Shown: positions 37,101 through 51,400 of the stretch, piece after piece
Layout: each line of letters opens with the position of its first letter
How positions within the stretch are numbered: position 1 is the first letter of the stretch
NCBI GenBank assembly: GCA_036172245.1
Contig: JAYWIR010000046.1
Location: 1,178,001 to 1,242,000 of the forward strand
Direction of reading: 5' to 3'
Length of the DNA stretch: 64,000 bases
Origin: Raillietiella orientalis
Lineage: Eukaryota
Position numbers and translations under genes: made by a program
The notes under the pieces: generated by a model
Told to the model about the DNA's origin: nothing
Databases searched by the model: none
The model's input: the letters and a program-made list of their open reading frames with translations, nothing else

Positions 37101-37589
37101 GGTCGCTCTTGCAGCGAAAGTGATTGGGCTGTGGCTTCCCCCGGAACGTTCCGACATCCTTTAGGAATCATCTGCCTGCGGACGTACGTCTCTCTCATCC
37201 GTCCGAACGCGCGCGCAACGGCAGCGCCACGGGCCCCGGGTGCTGTCCGCGAGCGCCGCCATCGGAGATCGACAGCGCGGACGCGCCGCAATGGCAGCCT
37301 CGTCCACGCGGGTGCGGACTGGGCTGCCATTTCGGCGCGCGCCCTTCCCCTGGAGTGGACGGCGGCTCACCAGCTGCGATCCGCTTCATCTCGAGGGGGA
37401 CTCTCCGGCGTCGCCCTCCGCCACCGTCGCGGAGCGCCGCCGAATTGGACGCGGGAGTTTCAGCGTTCGATCACGTTCCTGTGCTGCTACGAGGAGGAGG
37501 CTGCGCAAACGGTCCTGGCCGCCGGCAGCGAGGGCGGGTCCTCGACCCGCCCTCGCTGAGGAAAGATCTGTCCCAAGAAAGATCTGTCC

Positions 37590-40500
37590 TAATCTTTCCC
37601 CATTTAGGGAAAGATCACCACGCCGTCGAACGTGTGTTGCCTCGAGCGCGCCGATATCCGCATGCGGAGGCTACTGCAAGGGGTCCACGGTCTACGTTCG
37701 GACCGAGCAGGCTGCGGGAGTCCCGTCGGGATGATAGCGAGTGGTGCCGGGAGCGACTGTTGTGACCAACGCGCAGAAAAGCTGCAAAGAAGGGGAGGCG
37801 GCGTCCATTCCCGGATTAGCGGAGGGTCCAACGACAGGAGAGCGCGACAGCGAGTGCTCACTGTCGAGAGATTCTCAGTGATTCCAGGGTTGCCGCCCTC
37901 CATCCCATACGTCTACTCGCGATGCAACGCCGATCGTCTTTCCCGTCTTCGAGATCGCCTTGGAGGTCGGGAAAGATGAGAGAGCGTTTGCAAATCCCTG
38001 ATTCCACTTGAAGAAGCTGTCGTCTGCGTTAGGTGGCAGGCGCGTCGCCTCAATCGCGCCTACCACCCGTAACCTTCACTTGCCCCGACAGGAGTGCCGT
38101 CCCAAGTCGTTCCCCTGCGATCCAGTGCCGGATGATCGCGAGCGCGCACCGGGAACGCGAATCGGTGAGGGAAGGAGGAGGAAGGAGGAAGAGGCGGCAG
38201 TGGCCAGCGATCTTCCCGGCTGGCGTGCCCTGCTCCGATTTCCCGGCCTTGAAGAGCGGTTTGATTGCATTAGAGGAACGCTGGTCCACGGCAGCTAACC
38301 CGGTTACGGTGTCCAGGGAACGCGCCTCCGGAATGCCCGGAACCCTTTTCTTGATTGGCGAAGAAATCGGATAACCCGATTGCAATTCACCGGCCTCCCG
38401 CTGCCCAGGGAGCCGGGAGCACCTTTCGGGAACGCGGGATCCCGGTAACGCGGAGGCGCGCGCCGAGATCGGCGTCTCGAATCGCCCGGGGCATGCAGCG
38501 AGGCGCGCCCGAACGGGCGCGTTGAGGTGGATTCCGGGAACCAGGAGCGGCCGCCGATGATGTCCGACACACCTCGGTCTTCCTGCTTCCGGAGAGGGCG
38601 CTCGCGGGGGAGGCGCCCGAATGCGCTCGGAAAGCAAGACGCAATGTTGGCCGAGCCTTCGTGCGGCTGGCGACTTGGTGCAGAGAGATGAGGGACAGCT
38701 CCCCGGGAGCGACGCGGCTTCCCGCTCTCCTAGCAGACGGAACAAGGATCGAGGATCCCTCCTTCGGGTGCGCCGCTCTCCGATGCGTGGCTGACTGGAG
38801 AACCTTGGCGCGCCGTCCGTGGGGTACCCGCTCGAGGCGCAGGAGGGTGCGCCGAGAGTCGTCCGGATCCCGATGACGACGGACACCCGGAAAGGGTAGA
38901 AGGTGTAGCCGCGTTCCCGATCGCTTTTGCTTGAGGGAGGTCAGGAGCGCTCATGTGGTAGGCGAGGGGAACAGTCGACAGGCTGGAAGGCGGGGCGCTT
39001 GCGCCAGCGGGGGCAAGAAGGCCTTCTGGCTTCCCCCGACGTCTGTATTCTGGATTCCCTCGAATGCAAGGAACGATCCTTCCGGGGCGGAAGCTGAAAA
39101 CCGCGTATCCTGCGTATGCGTTGAGGGTTCCGGGAGCGGCTGCTGCCGCAGCTTTTCTCTCGGTGCCAACAGTGGGAACGGAGCTCCGGCATCATCGATG
39201 AGGAGGGAGGAAGGCGGCTGACGCACCAGCGCGTCGTCCTTGGCGACAGCAGAGACGCTTCGGTTTCCAAGATGTGCCCGGATCAGACGTGCCTCTCATG
39301 GACGCATCCGCGGAACGGCGAAACCCGTGAACTTTCCCGTGGGGACGTCCCCGGTTCCTTCCTGAATAGGGGTCTTTGCCATATTTCTTCCCGGACCTCG
39401 CACAAGTGTAACGCTCCCGTCACTCCCTCCCGCTTTGCGATCCGCCACTCTCCGATTCGCAAGGTCGCCCGGGCGACCTGACCCGGAGGACGTGACGATT
39501 CCGCCGGATGGATTCGGGTCGGACGGTGGTTCACGACCACCGCGGTGGTCATCTCCACGGCAGCAATGCTTGAGATTGGGGAAAAGCGACCACCCGTCCA
39601 AGTTGAGGCTGCCACTGGCGGCAGTCCCCACGGAATGGTTGATGAGCGGCGGTGAGCCATCCGAGTTCCGATGAGACTGTGCCCGCGAGTTTGCTGTAGC
39701 TGAAGATGGCGGTTCCAGCCGTCGTTCCTTCAAGCAGGAGGAGCGCGCGTGAGCAGCAACCGAGGATCCGAAGGCAAAGAGAACGGGAGTTCGAAAGTCT
39801 TCCCGGTTTCCACAGCAACTGCCGTCCTCGTCTCAGGTCTGCAGGGAAGACTATCCCCTCCGGTTCCATCTCCATCCAAGCGAAATTCTTTCAAACCTTT
39901 CCAGGTGGTGCTTCCAGTTCCGCTGCTCGGCACACGTTTGGCGCAGCTGGAACGGCAAGGGAACGGCGCTTCGGGAGGCGCTCCCGACACCGCACCCAAA
40001 CAAGGTGCGGGGAAGGTTCGCGAAGGGAAGAACGACCTGACGCTCACGAGAGCTTATTCTTTTTCGTGAAGCGTTTGGCTCTGCGAGACACTCCGGTACA
40101 CGATCTGGAGTGTACGGGCGCGCGCGTGGCTTCCCCAAGGTAGCGTCGCGTTTGGGGACCTCTCTCGGGCACGTGCCGAGACGCGATTCTGAAAGACTAA
40201 GAGAAGACTTCTTCGGAAGAGAACGCTGAGGACCCAGTCTCCAGGTAGACAGTTCCCGTCCGAAAGAAGCCCTCAATCCTTCGAGCGCCCTCGGGAACAA
40301 TGCGGCTCCCATGCCTTGGGCAAAGCGCTCGTGCGAAGGCATCCATCCTGAGACTGAACGAAAACTGAGGAATCGAGTCCTCTGCGGTCTATACGCGTCA
40401 TCAGAGAGAACGACCAGCGAGAGGAGAGTTTCGTGGGATAGGAAGAGCGTCCACTTCCTCCCGTGTGCTTTTGTCAGCTGCCCGCATGTGTTCCTCGCCA

Positions 40501-41900
40501 TTCGGTCTGGGGCCCGTATCTTCGGCCGTTTCCTAAGAAGCCGCAATCTTCGGGCAGCAGTCCTTCGGGGGATTTCATGGGGGGGGGAGGGGGGTCAGAT
40601 TGTGGATTTGGGGAAGGATGGACCACGGTGAGATGCAGCCAGAATATGACCGACCGCGCGTTTCGAGAGGCTGGCTTTCCCTTTTGCCTCGACCTTCCAA
40701 GGAGCCAGCCGGACTCTACGCCCACAAAGAACCGCCTTCCAGGGACATGTGTCACGTCTCGACAGCCTTCTTCATCTCAGATTTCGGCCTCAATGCTGCT
40801 CATCCGTGTGGCTGTTCCTCCAGTTACATCTTCCTTTTGGGATGAAGTTGTCTAAAGTTTCCCCTTGGAGCAGCGTATTCGTTCCAAAGGAGCTAAGTTT
40901 CCATTGGAAGGCGTGAAATCGGTAGCCATTGGGTGCGGTCCGGGACGCTGATGGACACTTTCAATGCAGTTCCTTTGCTTCCTCGCCGTTTGTTCCTTTC
41001 GTCACTTTGCTCCCAGGGTGCTCCCTGCCGAAGAATGCTGTCGGAGCAGTGCAGGGGCCATCCGGATCCAACTGCGGCTTCTTCCGTGTTCTGCTGTGGA
41101 CCAGCGAAGATTTCGTTGGGATCAGGGACCTCAGCATCCTCGAGAGTGGTGGTAACGTGAGATCATGCCCCGAAAACCGAGAGTGCCGGAGTGCCTTGGC
41201 CAGTCCTCATCAGGAAACCAACAACTTATCATACCGTCACACTCATTCAGGACCCGTGCTCTTTTCTCCTGCTCCGGGTCCAGCCTACCCTGCATCCTGC
41301 AGCGAGTGAAAGGAAGCAGCCATCGGTTCCCCGCAGCGAGCGATCGGACGAGCCGTTTGCTAACAACCGCAAGGTGCCATCACGAGGGATTCGGATCTCT
41401 TCGGGATGTTTGAACACGAGACGGTCGTTGTTGGCAGGACGGAGTTTCCTTCCGGAGAGGAGCGCGCGCACGGACTTCTCGGATTCACCCGAGCAGCTCC
41501 CGGCTTCAAAGAGAAGGGAGGAAGGAATTTGACCGATCCTCAAATGGAAGACGAAAACTGGCAGCTCGAGGCGATGTTGGCGAGAAGGACTCTTCGATTG
41601 CATCTCTTCGAAAAAGCACCTTGGAAAGTACCACATTTGTTTTTTGTTTTTTTGCTGTGGTTGCTGCTGACGCCGCTTGGGGTTTTCTTTCCTGCATTAG
41701 CACTTTTGGCTGCACTCGAAGCGGAATCATACGCTGCAACGATGGACGAAGCACGTCCATCGTTGCATCGAAAGAACGGGCGTTTTCCCTCTTCGAGCAG
41801 GCAGCGCCAAGGTCGGTTCACGCAGTGCAAAGCCACGCAAGCAGAGGAGGAGGAAATCCGCTGGTAGATGACGTCAGCTTCACCGGAACAAAATGACAAT
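37590..41900 (-). mobile_element. Degenerate copia gag-pol relic
   Basis: KCGTFQGAFSKRC (knuckle-like), FWLHLTVVHPS (WHxRLGHPS-like), TCGQL..GRKWTLF..PYTPDRV..AEPN (ORF 39851-40546), RFSPISSIAAV (ORF 39283-39660), DQRSS, EGGNPG..ENL..TR..LIREW (ORF 37604-37903), minus-strand purine tract ggggaaaga at ~37593-37601. Confidence 0.7.
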
Positions 41901-42199
41901 TTTACGCATGAAAAAAGGCGTCGAAGGCGCCGAAACGGACTCACTCCGACGGAGACGAGGATGACATGGACCGCCTGATGACGAATGCGAAAACGCCTGT
42001 TTCTGTTCCACCTTTCATTTTTTCTGCGTGCACGAGCTGCCTCGGGCTCCGTGCACCGTGCACGCAGCAGTTTGAAACCAGGAAGAATCCACGAACTCAG
42101 GGGAAACTCAAGTGTCTGTCTCTGACGGATGCAGCTTCCCAGAAGAGTGCTAAGACATCAATAGTCCTCTCGGGTTACACGCCCGGCGGAGGCGAGGTC

Positions 42200-45100
42200 T
42201 TCGGAATTTCAGTCTCTTGAAAGCATATCTCTTGAAAACGGTCTTTTAAGCCCGGAGCAGCCGGCCAATAGCTGCTCGAATGTCTGCGAGGTTGCGGAAG
42301 CGTTCGTCGTCGAGCAAGGTTCCGCTGCAGCGTCGAAGCGGACTGGCGAGTGCCATCCGAATCGGAGCTCCTTGACGGGAGCAGATGCACGGAGTGGTGA
42401 CTGCAGTCTCTCATCGGCTCACTTGTCCAGTGCAGCTTTCCTGAAGCCCTTCTGCAGTCCACCTTTCCCGATGCAAAGGACTCGCGTGGTGGGCTGAACC
42501 CGGCGTTCGAACGAGGGCTGACCTGTGTGGGAAGAACCCCTCCTTCCTCTTGAACCACTGTAAACTGATGTTCCGCCGCCCGGTTCTCGCTGGTGCAGAT
42601 CGCGGTCCCTACCTCCGACTTTGTTCCTGGTGGATCTTCACGGGAAAGTTTCCTCATGTGCTCAGCGCGCGCGCGCTCGTGAGGATTGGATCGCTCTGTC
42701 GAGAGGATTCAACGAGTTCAGAGCATCAGCAGCAGCCGCCTTCGCTTCGAGTAGCGAGAAGAGTCTGTGCTGGGTCACCGCAGGCTTCCGGTTCGTAGAT
42801 CGCTTCTGCAGGTCGCGTACCAGCAGACTAAGGGCGGGATTCATCGGTTCTCTCCGCGCGTTCCTGGAAATGCTTCCAGCTCGAGAAAGGGGTTCCGCTC
42901 CCGATGGTTTCGGTGGTCCCGGTGCGATGCCTTCCATGAGGACAAAGCTCCTTTACACGCGTCCCAGAACCGTCTCCTGCTTTCCGTCCAGCTGGATCGG
43001 TGCATCTTTCGTGCAGGCATCAGCTCGTCACCTCGAGCACGTTGCCACGAGCAACGACCGCGTCAAGCTGCAAGGAATGCCTGTTTCTTGCTCCCCTGGT
43101 GCAGCAGAATCCAGTGTTGTGCGGCGAGACGCGTCTTTGGTGAGCGACCACCTCGGGACTGGTGCGCCGTGCACATCCCAGCCGCGAGCGGAACGCGCAA
43201 CCGAGGAGGATGGCTGAGCGTTCCCGGTGCACTTCAAAGCGGCGACCGCCTGACGTCCTTTCCAGGAGATCGGATTTCGATCTTCGAGTCCTGAGCACTC
43301 TCTGCGGACGCCGAAGAAGGACCCCAGGCTGGGCACAGAATGCATTGTGCCATCGAATCGCAGAAATCGCCATCTGTCCTCGGAGCAAGAAAGCCAAGGA
43401 GGCGGCGAGGACTGCCACTTCCAAGCTGCGAAAACGGGGATGGGAGGGGCGACTTTCCGTGATCGAGTGAAGCAAAGAGACTGCCGTTCGCCGTTTGACG
43501 CCGGCGAACCGGCGTCCAGGTTGCACTTTTCCGGAATTTTTCACAACCGCACCACCTGACCATCGAAATACCGGCAGGTCACTGCTTCGCCAGCGCACTT
43601 GTGGAAACCCAAACCGGGAGACGGAAAGGTCAGCGCCGTCAGAGCCGCAGCCGTGCTGGATGCCGTGCAGGCGTAGCCCCATTCAGGAGAAGTCACAATC
43701 CGCTCGTCTACAAGGCCATGCGAAGGGCGCACTGCTGGGGACGCTGCACCCGGCGTATCGCAACGCCGAAGAATGAGCTCGGAGAAGTAGAACTGCCTGC
43801 CTGCGTCTGGGCTGCCGCACTCGCTGCTCTCTGCGGAAGATTCTGGAGAGTTCCAGCATGAGCCAGTGGGCGGAGCTCAACCCTTGCTGCAAGGGAGGGC
43901 ACTCCCTGAGGAATGCAATTGGTGGTGGTCGGAAGTAGGGTGGAAAGGTGGAAAGTGGTGAAAAGTATCCTGCGAGATCTCAGGCAGAAGGACGGAGATA
44001 AAGTGGTTGGACCATGGAGCCGTTGGCAAATGCTACGATTCCTAATGCCCTTCCACGAGGACTTGAACGTTGGAACGAGCTGCTCGACGTTCCTAACGAA
44101 GAGCCGAAGTGCCTGCAGTGTTCATGGACGACAGCACCCTCCACCTGAAGTGGCGGAAGTCGGTGCTTCTGGTTTTCGCTGCCACGCTCGCGCCCATCAC
44201 CGGACACTGGGGAATTCCAACTAGCAGTAATCACGCCTCAGATGACTTCCCAGGCTTTGATGTTGCCCGTGAGCAAAGCTGGGGAGTGTGAACTTGGACC
44301 GCTGCAGGTACGGGGAACGAGAGACCCTTCCGCACCTGCTTGTAAGCGTTGTTGCCCTCCGTCCCCTGTGGCAACGTGTTGGAACGACCTTGCCGACTCC
44401 GGTTGGCAACCCCAGGGACTTCGTTCGACTCCCTTTTGTGCGGGATGTCTTACCGCCGGCCACAGCCTCTTTGCTGCATCCGCGAGATTGTGGCGGCCTG
44501 GAGCGGAGCCGGCAGAGGACCAGACGAAAAGAGGCTATGCAGCTGGCATTTCGCTTGCTAAGGATAGCAGCCAGATGTCTTCACCTGGGCACCATGCAGA
44601 TGGAACTTGCGGGCACCCTGGGGAGGATGCTGAAGACTCCCTGTAGCGGACGGTGATCTCTTCCCGGCCCTCCAGAGTGTTTTTATTTATTTATTTCTTC
44701 TTTTATGCCTTTTTTTTGTTGCTTCCCCTTCCCTGCGCTGCCGAGATGAGCCTCGTCGGTCTGCGTACCGGCAAACTGGCAGGGTTCCTGTTGACTGGAG
44801 CACGGTGGAACTTCCTGTCTCACCACAGGTTGCAAGTTCACTAACCGCCCAAAGGATGGACACTTAACGGTGTCCCCTTCGGATTCTCGTGGTGACCTGG
44901 TTCGCTCTCGTCCCTCATCGGAATGGACAAAATTACTGGGCCGCCCGAATCCTGGAACTCCTTTGGGCGACCTGGCGAAACGCTCTTGCGCCAGGCGTAC
45001 GCGGGGACGATGAAGACGTGCTCGGTTCGTTGGAATCTGGTCGGCGCAGGAGAAAAAGGGCACTCCATCGACCAACGGTGCTTCGAATCCCTGGAGACGC

Positions 45101-45610
45101 TGCAGAGTCGAAGCGCCCGCTCTAGCAAGCAGAGGCGTTGGCTAAGCGAGCAGCAAGCAGCTGGTGGCTGCTCGCTCACCATGGTGCAGAGCCCGCGCTC
45201 CAGGATTCCTCAACGTCGGGGAATCAGCGACCCGATTATCGGACATGGAAGGTTCCCTCGTGCACGGAGGGGTTGCGGAAGAGAAGCAGCGAGCAATTAG
45301 CATCATAACAGGAGATGTCGCCTGCCGTAATTGAAGCATTCAGTCAACGTGTCCCAGAAAGTTTTTTCATCAGCTGGAATTTGAATGGAGGAAGACGACA
45401 TCGAGGAGTCTGTCCCGGGAGGCAGGATCGATACTCTGGGAATCAATGATCCCATTGTCTCGTTGTCAAGCGCTCCTGCTGCGCTCCCCTGTTCCTCACG
45501 TGGAAATGTTTTTTTTTCTCCCCAGACGCAAGCGAAGGTCAGTGGATTCCTGCCTGGTGAGCACCGCACAAGGCAAAGTTGGGAGGGAAGACTTCCTCGC
45601 TGAAGGGAGA
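42200..45610 (+). mobile_element. Degenerate copia pol relic
   Basis: VDLHG..FVDRFCR..PDGFGG (ORF 42621-43217, integrase-like), MLRFLM..STFL..VHGRQHPP (ORF 43913-44224), QALML..KAGEC, EEDD; purine tract tgaagggagag at ~45601-45611. Confidence 0.55.
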
Positions 45611-48600
45611 GTCCGTCCAGCTGCGGCTCGTTTGCGGAAGGCTGCACGGATTGCGCAAGCATGTCGGCGGTCACCATCTCAGTGGACGAGGGAGCCCATT
45701 TCACCAGCTCGTTCCCGGCGTCCAGGTACTGCATTAGTGCTGCTGCAGGAATTCCGTCGGCCACGTAGGAAGCTCCAAACGCAGTTTCTCACTCTGAGCT
45801 CGGTGTTCCCTTGGAGATGCCACTGCGTGCAACGCAAATGCCAGTGGTTGCGGTGGCAACTGCATTTCTTCAAAACGAAGACGAGCAGGCTGTCTGAGCG
45901 ATGACCTTCTTGGCGGACATCGTCACCGTCTTCTCGGATCAGCTGAACGGTCCTGCCGAAATCCAAATCCAACTGCTCCCACGCGGAAGCGCGTGGAGCT
46001 TCGTCCCGGCTTCTTGCTTGACTGCGACCTGTGCGTCGCAGTGAAGGAAATCCACTGAGCGCCCACCGCTTCCCATTTGTCAGGGATGAGGCCCCTTCTC
46101 ATTCCGCTGGGTCGAGTCGAGGGAGCTCCGGAGCACGGCGCTCTCGAAGGAAGAAGGTTGGAGGAGGAATCACAGCATCGTCTCGATTGCATGCGGGCCG
46201 GAAGGTGAGCGGCACTTCTTACGCCTCCCCTGGGTCAGAGCGGAGCCCTTTCGTGCTGATGCCACCGATCGACGAGGGTGACCTGCTCTTGTCGGAAGGG
46301 GCGAAGGTGTCGGAAGCACGGCGCACGCTGCGACAGTGGAAGGCGTTCCCCTGGGATGAAGAAGGGCTATCTGCGCCGTCCTGCACTCACCTGGAAGGGG
46401 GAACCGAAGGCGAGGGAGTCTCTGTCTTGCCAAGGATCTCGGGTCCTTCAGCAGGAGAGACGGCATCCGGGAAGAGCTCAAAGGGAAGTCGCGACATCTG
46501 CGGCCGTAGCGCACACGCATCTTCGTGCGGATCCCCTTCATACGATTTCGGAGGCCGATCGGGAAGATGAAACAGGGAATTCTCCGGAAATGTGCGTGGG
46601 AAGGGGATGCCGACGGGAAGAAAGAGCGGTCGCTTCTCAAGGTCGCAAGCGCGAGGGCGCGCAAGCAGCCGTTGTGATGGAATCCGGGACGGGAACGTCG
46701 AATTGCCCGTCCGGCGATCCTGCTGTGCGGAAATGCTGCAGCGACGCGTGGCGGCGGGAAAGGGGCTCGAATCACCCGGAGAAGAGAGCCGGGCCGCAAA
46801 GCGTAGGAGCGAACGGGAAGGATGCGGGAAGACGAGACGGAAGGGACGCTTCGATCGGGGATGCGGCAGACCCAGATGGGGCACGGCGAGAGACTCCCCG
46901 AGCTGGTGACCCTTCCGCTCCGCGGGGAGGGCGGGAGCTCGGCGGGCTCGCATCCCGTGAGACGGGTTTCCGGAGGAAAACGAATGGTGCACGCGCCGGC
47001 CTTCCCGGTCGCGACCAGAAGCGGCTTCCGGTCGCTTAGCCGAGGCGCTACCGCGTGCTCTTGGAAGGAAGCCGCCCTTTGCTGGTTGCCTTGGGAGCGT
47101 TGACGACCGGCAGGATGCTGCGCACGACTCTGGCCCCCGTCTCGCACGCGGGAGCGGCTCTCTCAGGAACGAGGTTCCGGGGCGCGCTGCTGGACGGGTG
47201 GTCGTCTCTCGGCCACACCCACCCTCAGGCGAGAGATTCGCCACTACCGTTCCTTCCTCTTCTTGGAGAAAGGGAAGAAACGCTGGTGCGGCACCTTCCG
47301 CCTGTGCGCCAGGCAGCTGGCTGGAAGACAGGATCTCCCCGTCGCCGTTTCGTACGGCCCGCGTGGTCTTCGTGACTCGTGGCGCTGCGGCCGGCGTCGC
47401 TTCCTCCGCGATGGGTAACCTTCAGGTCGACTCTGGCGGATCCTCTGCAGCGCGCGCTGCTCATGGCGAACACCCCTTTCCCCTCCCTCCCCGAGCGCGC
47501 GGATGGTGCCGCATGCTGGAATCTCGCGCGCGCCGGATGCTGTGCAACGCCAGGCAGGGTGCTCTCCTGGCCCGGTTGTTTCCTGGTGCGAAGTAGCCGC
47601 GACATGTTGGGCCGCGCACGAGACGCAGCCTCCCACATTTTCTTGTCGCTCAGAGCTTCGGTGCGCCTGCCGACACGCTGCCGGTGTCGCCTGTCGGAGT
47701 GCCTCTCGCGTGGAGCGACGAATTTTGCAGCTCGTGTTCGGGAGTGGGGCCTCCGGGAAAAGTCCGGAACGGCCGTGCCGCGCCTGGCATAAAGCTGGAA
47801 GCTATCGCTGGGCGCGTGGTGGTCGGTTCCGTGGGGTGCGCTGGCGACACCGAGGTGCAAAAATTCTGGCTTGCCATTCGGGTAGGATGTCGCGCCGTTT
47901 GTGCAACCACCGTCTGGTGCTGCGGTTCGTAAAGGTGGGACCCCGGCGAACGTTCCCAGCCTCTGGATGTGGGCCGGTTACGAAAGAAAGAGTATCCGTG
48001 TTTTTGCTCGGAGGAAGCATTCGGTCCGGACGGTGCTCACCTCTACGACCGGTCCCTGTGGCAAGAACCATGAAGTTTTTTTCTGAAAAACAAAGAGTTC
48101 GATAGGAAGCTGGATGGCGATGCACGGCGCTGCTGCACCAACTCTTCAAGAGCATGCTCGGGATCCCGACGAAGGCGGCTGGGTAACAGCACCAAGTAGC
48201 GTGGACGGCACCCGAGTCGCCTCATGGAGGAAGCACGGAGAGAGACGTGGATGAGCTCCAAGACGCCGTCCACGCTTCCTCATTCCTGGGTTCGTCGCGG
48301 CTTGATCTACGGTCAGGTTGGGCGCGCCTTTGGCCTCGATCCGCAGTCAATTCGTCCGCCCTCACGGTCATCACTCCCAGCAGTCAATCGCAGGGACAAG
48401 TGGAAGCAGCACGCTTTGGCGTCCTTGTGATCCTGCTTCCTGAGTACAGGGAAGGTAGAAAATAGCAAAGGGGGGTACCACCCCATGTAGAATTTTTGGA
48501 TGGAGCTGACCATGCTGACGCTTCGGAGAATGTTGACGGGAGGGTATTGGGCGCACTCCGGAGAGAGACGGTGCGCGCGCGTGTCACTCCGGAGCAGCGA

Positions 48601-51400
48601 CCTCCCTCCGAGGTGATGGCAGTATCCCTTGAGGGAGCGAAGATCACCGAAGCACCGATCTCGCGCGCGGCGAGAAATCTGCGGGGAATCGGAAGTGGGA
48701 GCGAATGGGGGAGGCCCTCGACAGGCAGGTCGTAGAATACAACGTCGCAGATTTCACTGACTGAGACCTCCTTCCATCGGCGGAGCCGGCTTTCGTGTCC
48801 TGCAAGTCGAGGTGATGGTTACGATGGCAACAGGTGGCGAAGTGCGAAGAAGATGCTGTCTCCATGAGAGCGCTAAGTGGGCGGTTCTGTCTCGGGGTTG
48901 ATGAAACGATGGGTGAGCAACTGTGACGAGAATCGCGGAACGGTGGGAACTCGTGCGGGCGAGGGACGTGAAAAAGGTCGGGTCGTTTGTCCCTGCGCAG
49001 CAACTGCTGCTGCCGGCGCGGGGACATGAGCGGATGAACGAGAGTACCTATCAAATCTGCTCCACCCATTCTCGGATGCGTTTAGCTGGAATTCGTGTCA
49101 TTATCGATATACGTCAGTACACATACGCATGTATATGCATTTGCACATTCACTCATGCTGCGTATTTGTACGCGAGCTATATTTGCTTGTGTGTATGTGT
49201 GACGCGTGTGGACCATGCGCGTCCTCGTGTCAGCGACGGATTTAAATTGGGTTGTGATGCGCGAAGGAGACAGGAAACGAAGGACGGTTGCAAGGTGCGA
49301 TGATGGTCCGATGCTTTCTTGTCAACACCTGCAACACTTTATCTCAATCTGCGAGCTTTTCTGCCTGTGCTCTTTCGCCTATGTTGGGACGGTGGACCGG
49401 TGGCTTTGGTGTGCTTGCGTGCGTTGCTGGAAGGGCGCACTCGAATGTTGCCACCGCGGTAGGGTGCGTTTCCGTAGCACCGTCCCTGCTGCGGTCGAAC
49501 ACGGCGTGCACTGGCATGCGTTTGCGTTTTCCTGGACTCTTGTTCCAGGCCCTATGCGTTCCCGAATTGTGTGATGCCTTCACCCAGGGTGGGGGCCTCA
49601 TCTGGCGAATTTTGTGACTGAAGAAGCATTCAGACATCTCTGCCAAGTAAGATGCCTCGCGATTTTGTTACCAAAGCAGAGGGAATTTTGTTTAATTTAT
49701 TTGCATCCTCCTTCAAATTGAGCAGGAGGATGTGCCGGGAGCTCATCTCAGCGCATGCATATGAGAGTTTTCCGATTGCTGCAGGATTATTGCTGCTGTA
49801 ATACAACGTCCAGTTGAAATGAGAGCATGCTGCTGTATGGAGTCTAGCTGTATAAGTTTCGCTCCCAGCGTAGTTTCCTTCCGAAGATGGCTGGAAAACA
49901 GGATGCGGTAGTTGGAATAGTGACCCCGTCAAGTGTGCAATGAGTGCTGACTTCGTGCTTCTGGATTTCCATTCATGATTACTGCAATTGTGTTGCTGTT
50001 TTTCATCCAGGAAAATATAATATTAGGCGGAAGTGCTCTGAACGGTATGTTGGTTTTCTGTACTGGTTTTCTTGGGTATCTAATGTGAAATTCCATTTTC
50101 CACTTCCGTCAAGAGATCTTGAGTATAAAATGGGAATCTTCGTGAGTTGAATTTGTCATCATTTTCAGCTCATGTGGAAAATGTAGCATATTAGGAAAGA
50201 GTGTGCATGGCAGATTTATTTTTTTTGTGTGCAGATCGCAGGGTATGTACATAAAGAAATAAATCTTTCTTTGGTCGTTCATTTTATTGCTATATTTATT
50301 TAGATGTGAACTTTTATTTTTGTTCTAATGGAATGTTGTCGCAGTTTGTTTTCTGGTTCAATGATATGTATTGAGGGACCAGAACTACAGATGACTAGGG
50401 GTGTTTTCATTTTTCAGTGAATTGAGGAAAATGAGTTTGAAAACTGAATGCTTAGGATTTGTCGAAACGAAAATTAAATGGTGCCTTGGCATAAATGTAA
50501 TGAAAATAATTTATTTGAAATAAGAATACTGCTATGTTTATAATGGAAGAAATTCGTGCTGGGATTTTTTGCATTATATAGTATTTAACAATTTGCATTC
50601 AAGAAGTAGAATGGATTGCCGAATACAACGGAAAGACTTTTCCGTTTTCAAATCATTTTTTAATAAAATATCAATTTGTCTTCTGCGTGTGTTTTAGAAA
50701 TCTGTCTCAGTTTACTTAGAGAATTTTCAGTGTAAAGACTTTTGCTTGTGAACATTTCGTTCTGTTTAGAACTTATTTTAAGCCGTCGGTATGGAGAACA
50801 TTATATAACGGCTTGATAATTTTTCATTAACGTGGAAACTATTTACATTGAAATGATTCAATGATTTTCTATCATTTATGCAACGTTACTAATAAAATGT
50901 TTCTATAAAGGGTTTCGCTTTAATTGCAACGTGAAGAGTAATTTCACAAAAAACAAACTTAAAAAGCTTAAAAATGGAACCTAAAGTAGCTGCACTTTTT
51001 CATTATAATTGTCGGAAATTTACCATATGGTGCGGCTCTTCAACAACCTTTGCCTTATCTCTTCGAAGTCCTGCCTTTTTGATAGCATTGAAAGTTTTTA
51101 TTTTGGTGCATGAGGAATTTCCTTTTCATCGGCTTCTGAGGAAACAGACTCGAAAAGACTTTTAGAAAAATGTGATTGAGCCAGTCGAGGTATCTTGGGA
51201 GATCAGCGTGTTGGTGCTGAATTCCCGGATCCAAAGTGAAATAAATGAACGCTCGGAGGATCTGAAACTTAACAATAATTGCCACACACCAAAATGTTCA
51301 TTTGCATTAACGGTACTAAGAAAGCGGCGATCAAAATTCCGCTTCCAATTAACTAGTCAGATCATCTCTATAACAGTTCATTATATAAATATCTCCGTGA
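45610..51400 (-). mobile_element. Degenerate near-full-length copia gag-pol relic (duplicate of 57090-62800)
   Basis: VICSSGPSIHI (~50365-50397, protease-like), SVADTRTR, STPRQNR..LMETA (ORF 48644-49069), RKQDHKDAKACCF, HLGVASAPHG (ORF 47225-47860), SLLRFAA..PGDSS..SYEGD..DAVS (ORF 46387-47244), IREDG, VKWAPSSTEMVTADMLAQ (ORF 45303-45764). Confidence 0.75.

Noticed and set aside
37561..37617. Short direct repeats gaaagatctgtcc x2 plus gaaagatc
   Set aside because: A local micro-duplication; too few and too irregular for a CRISPR array or satellite.
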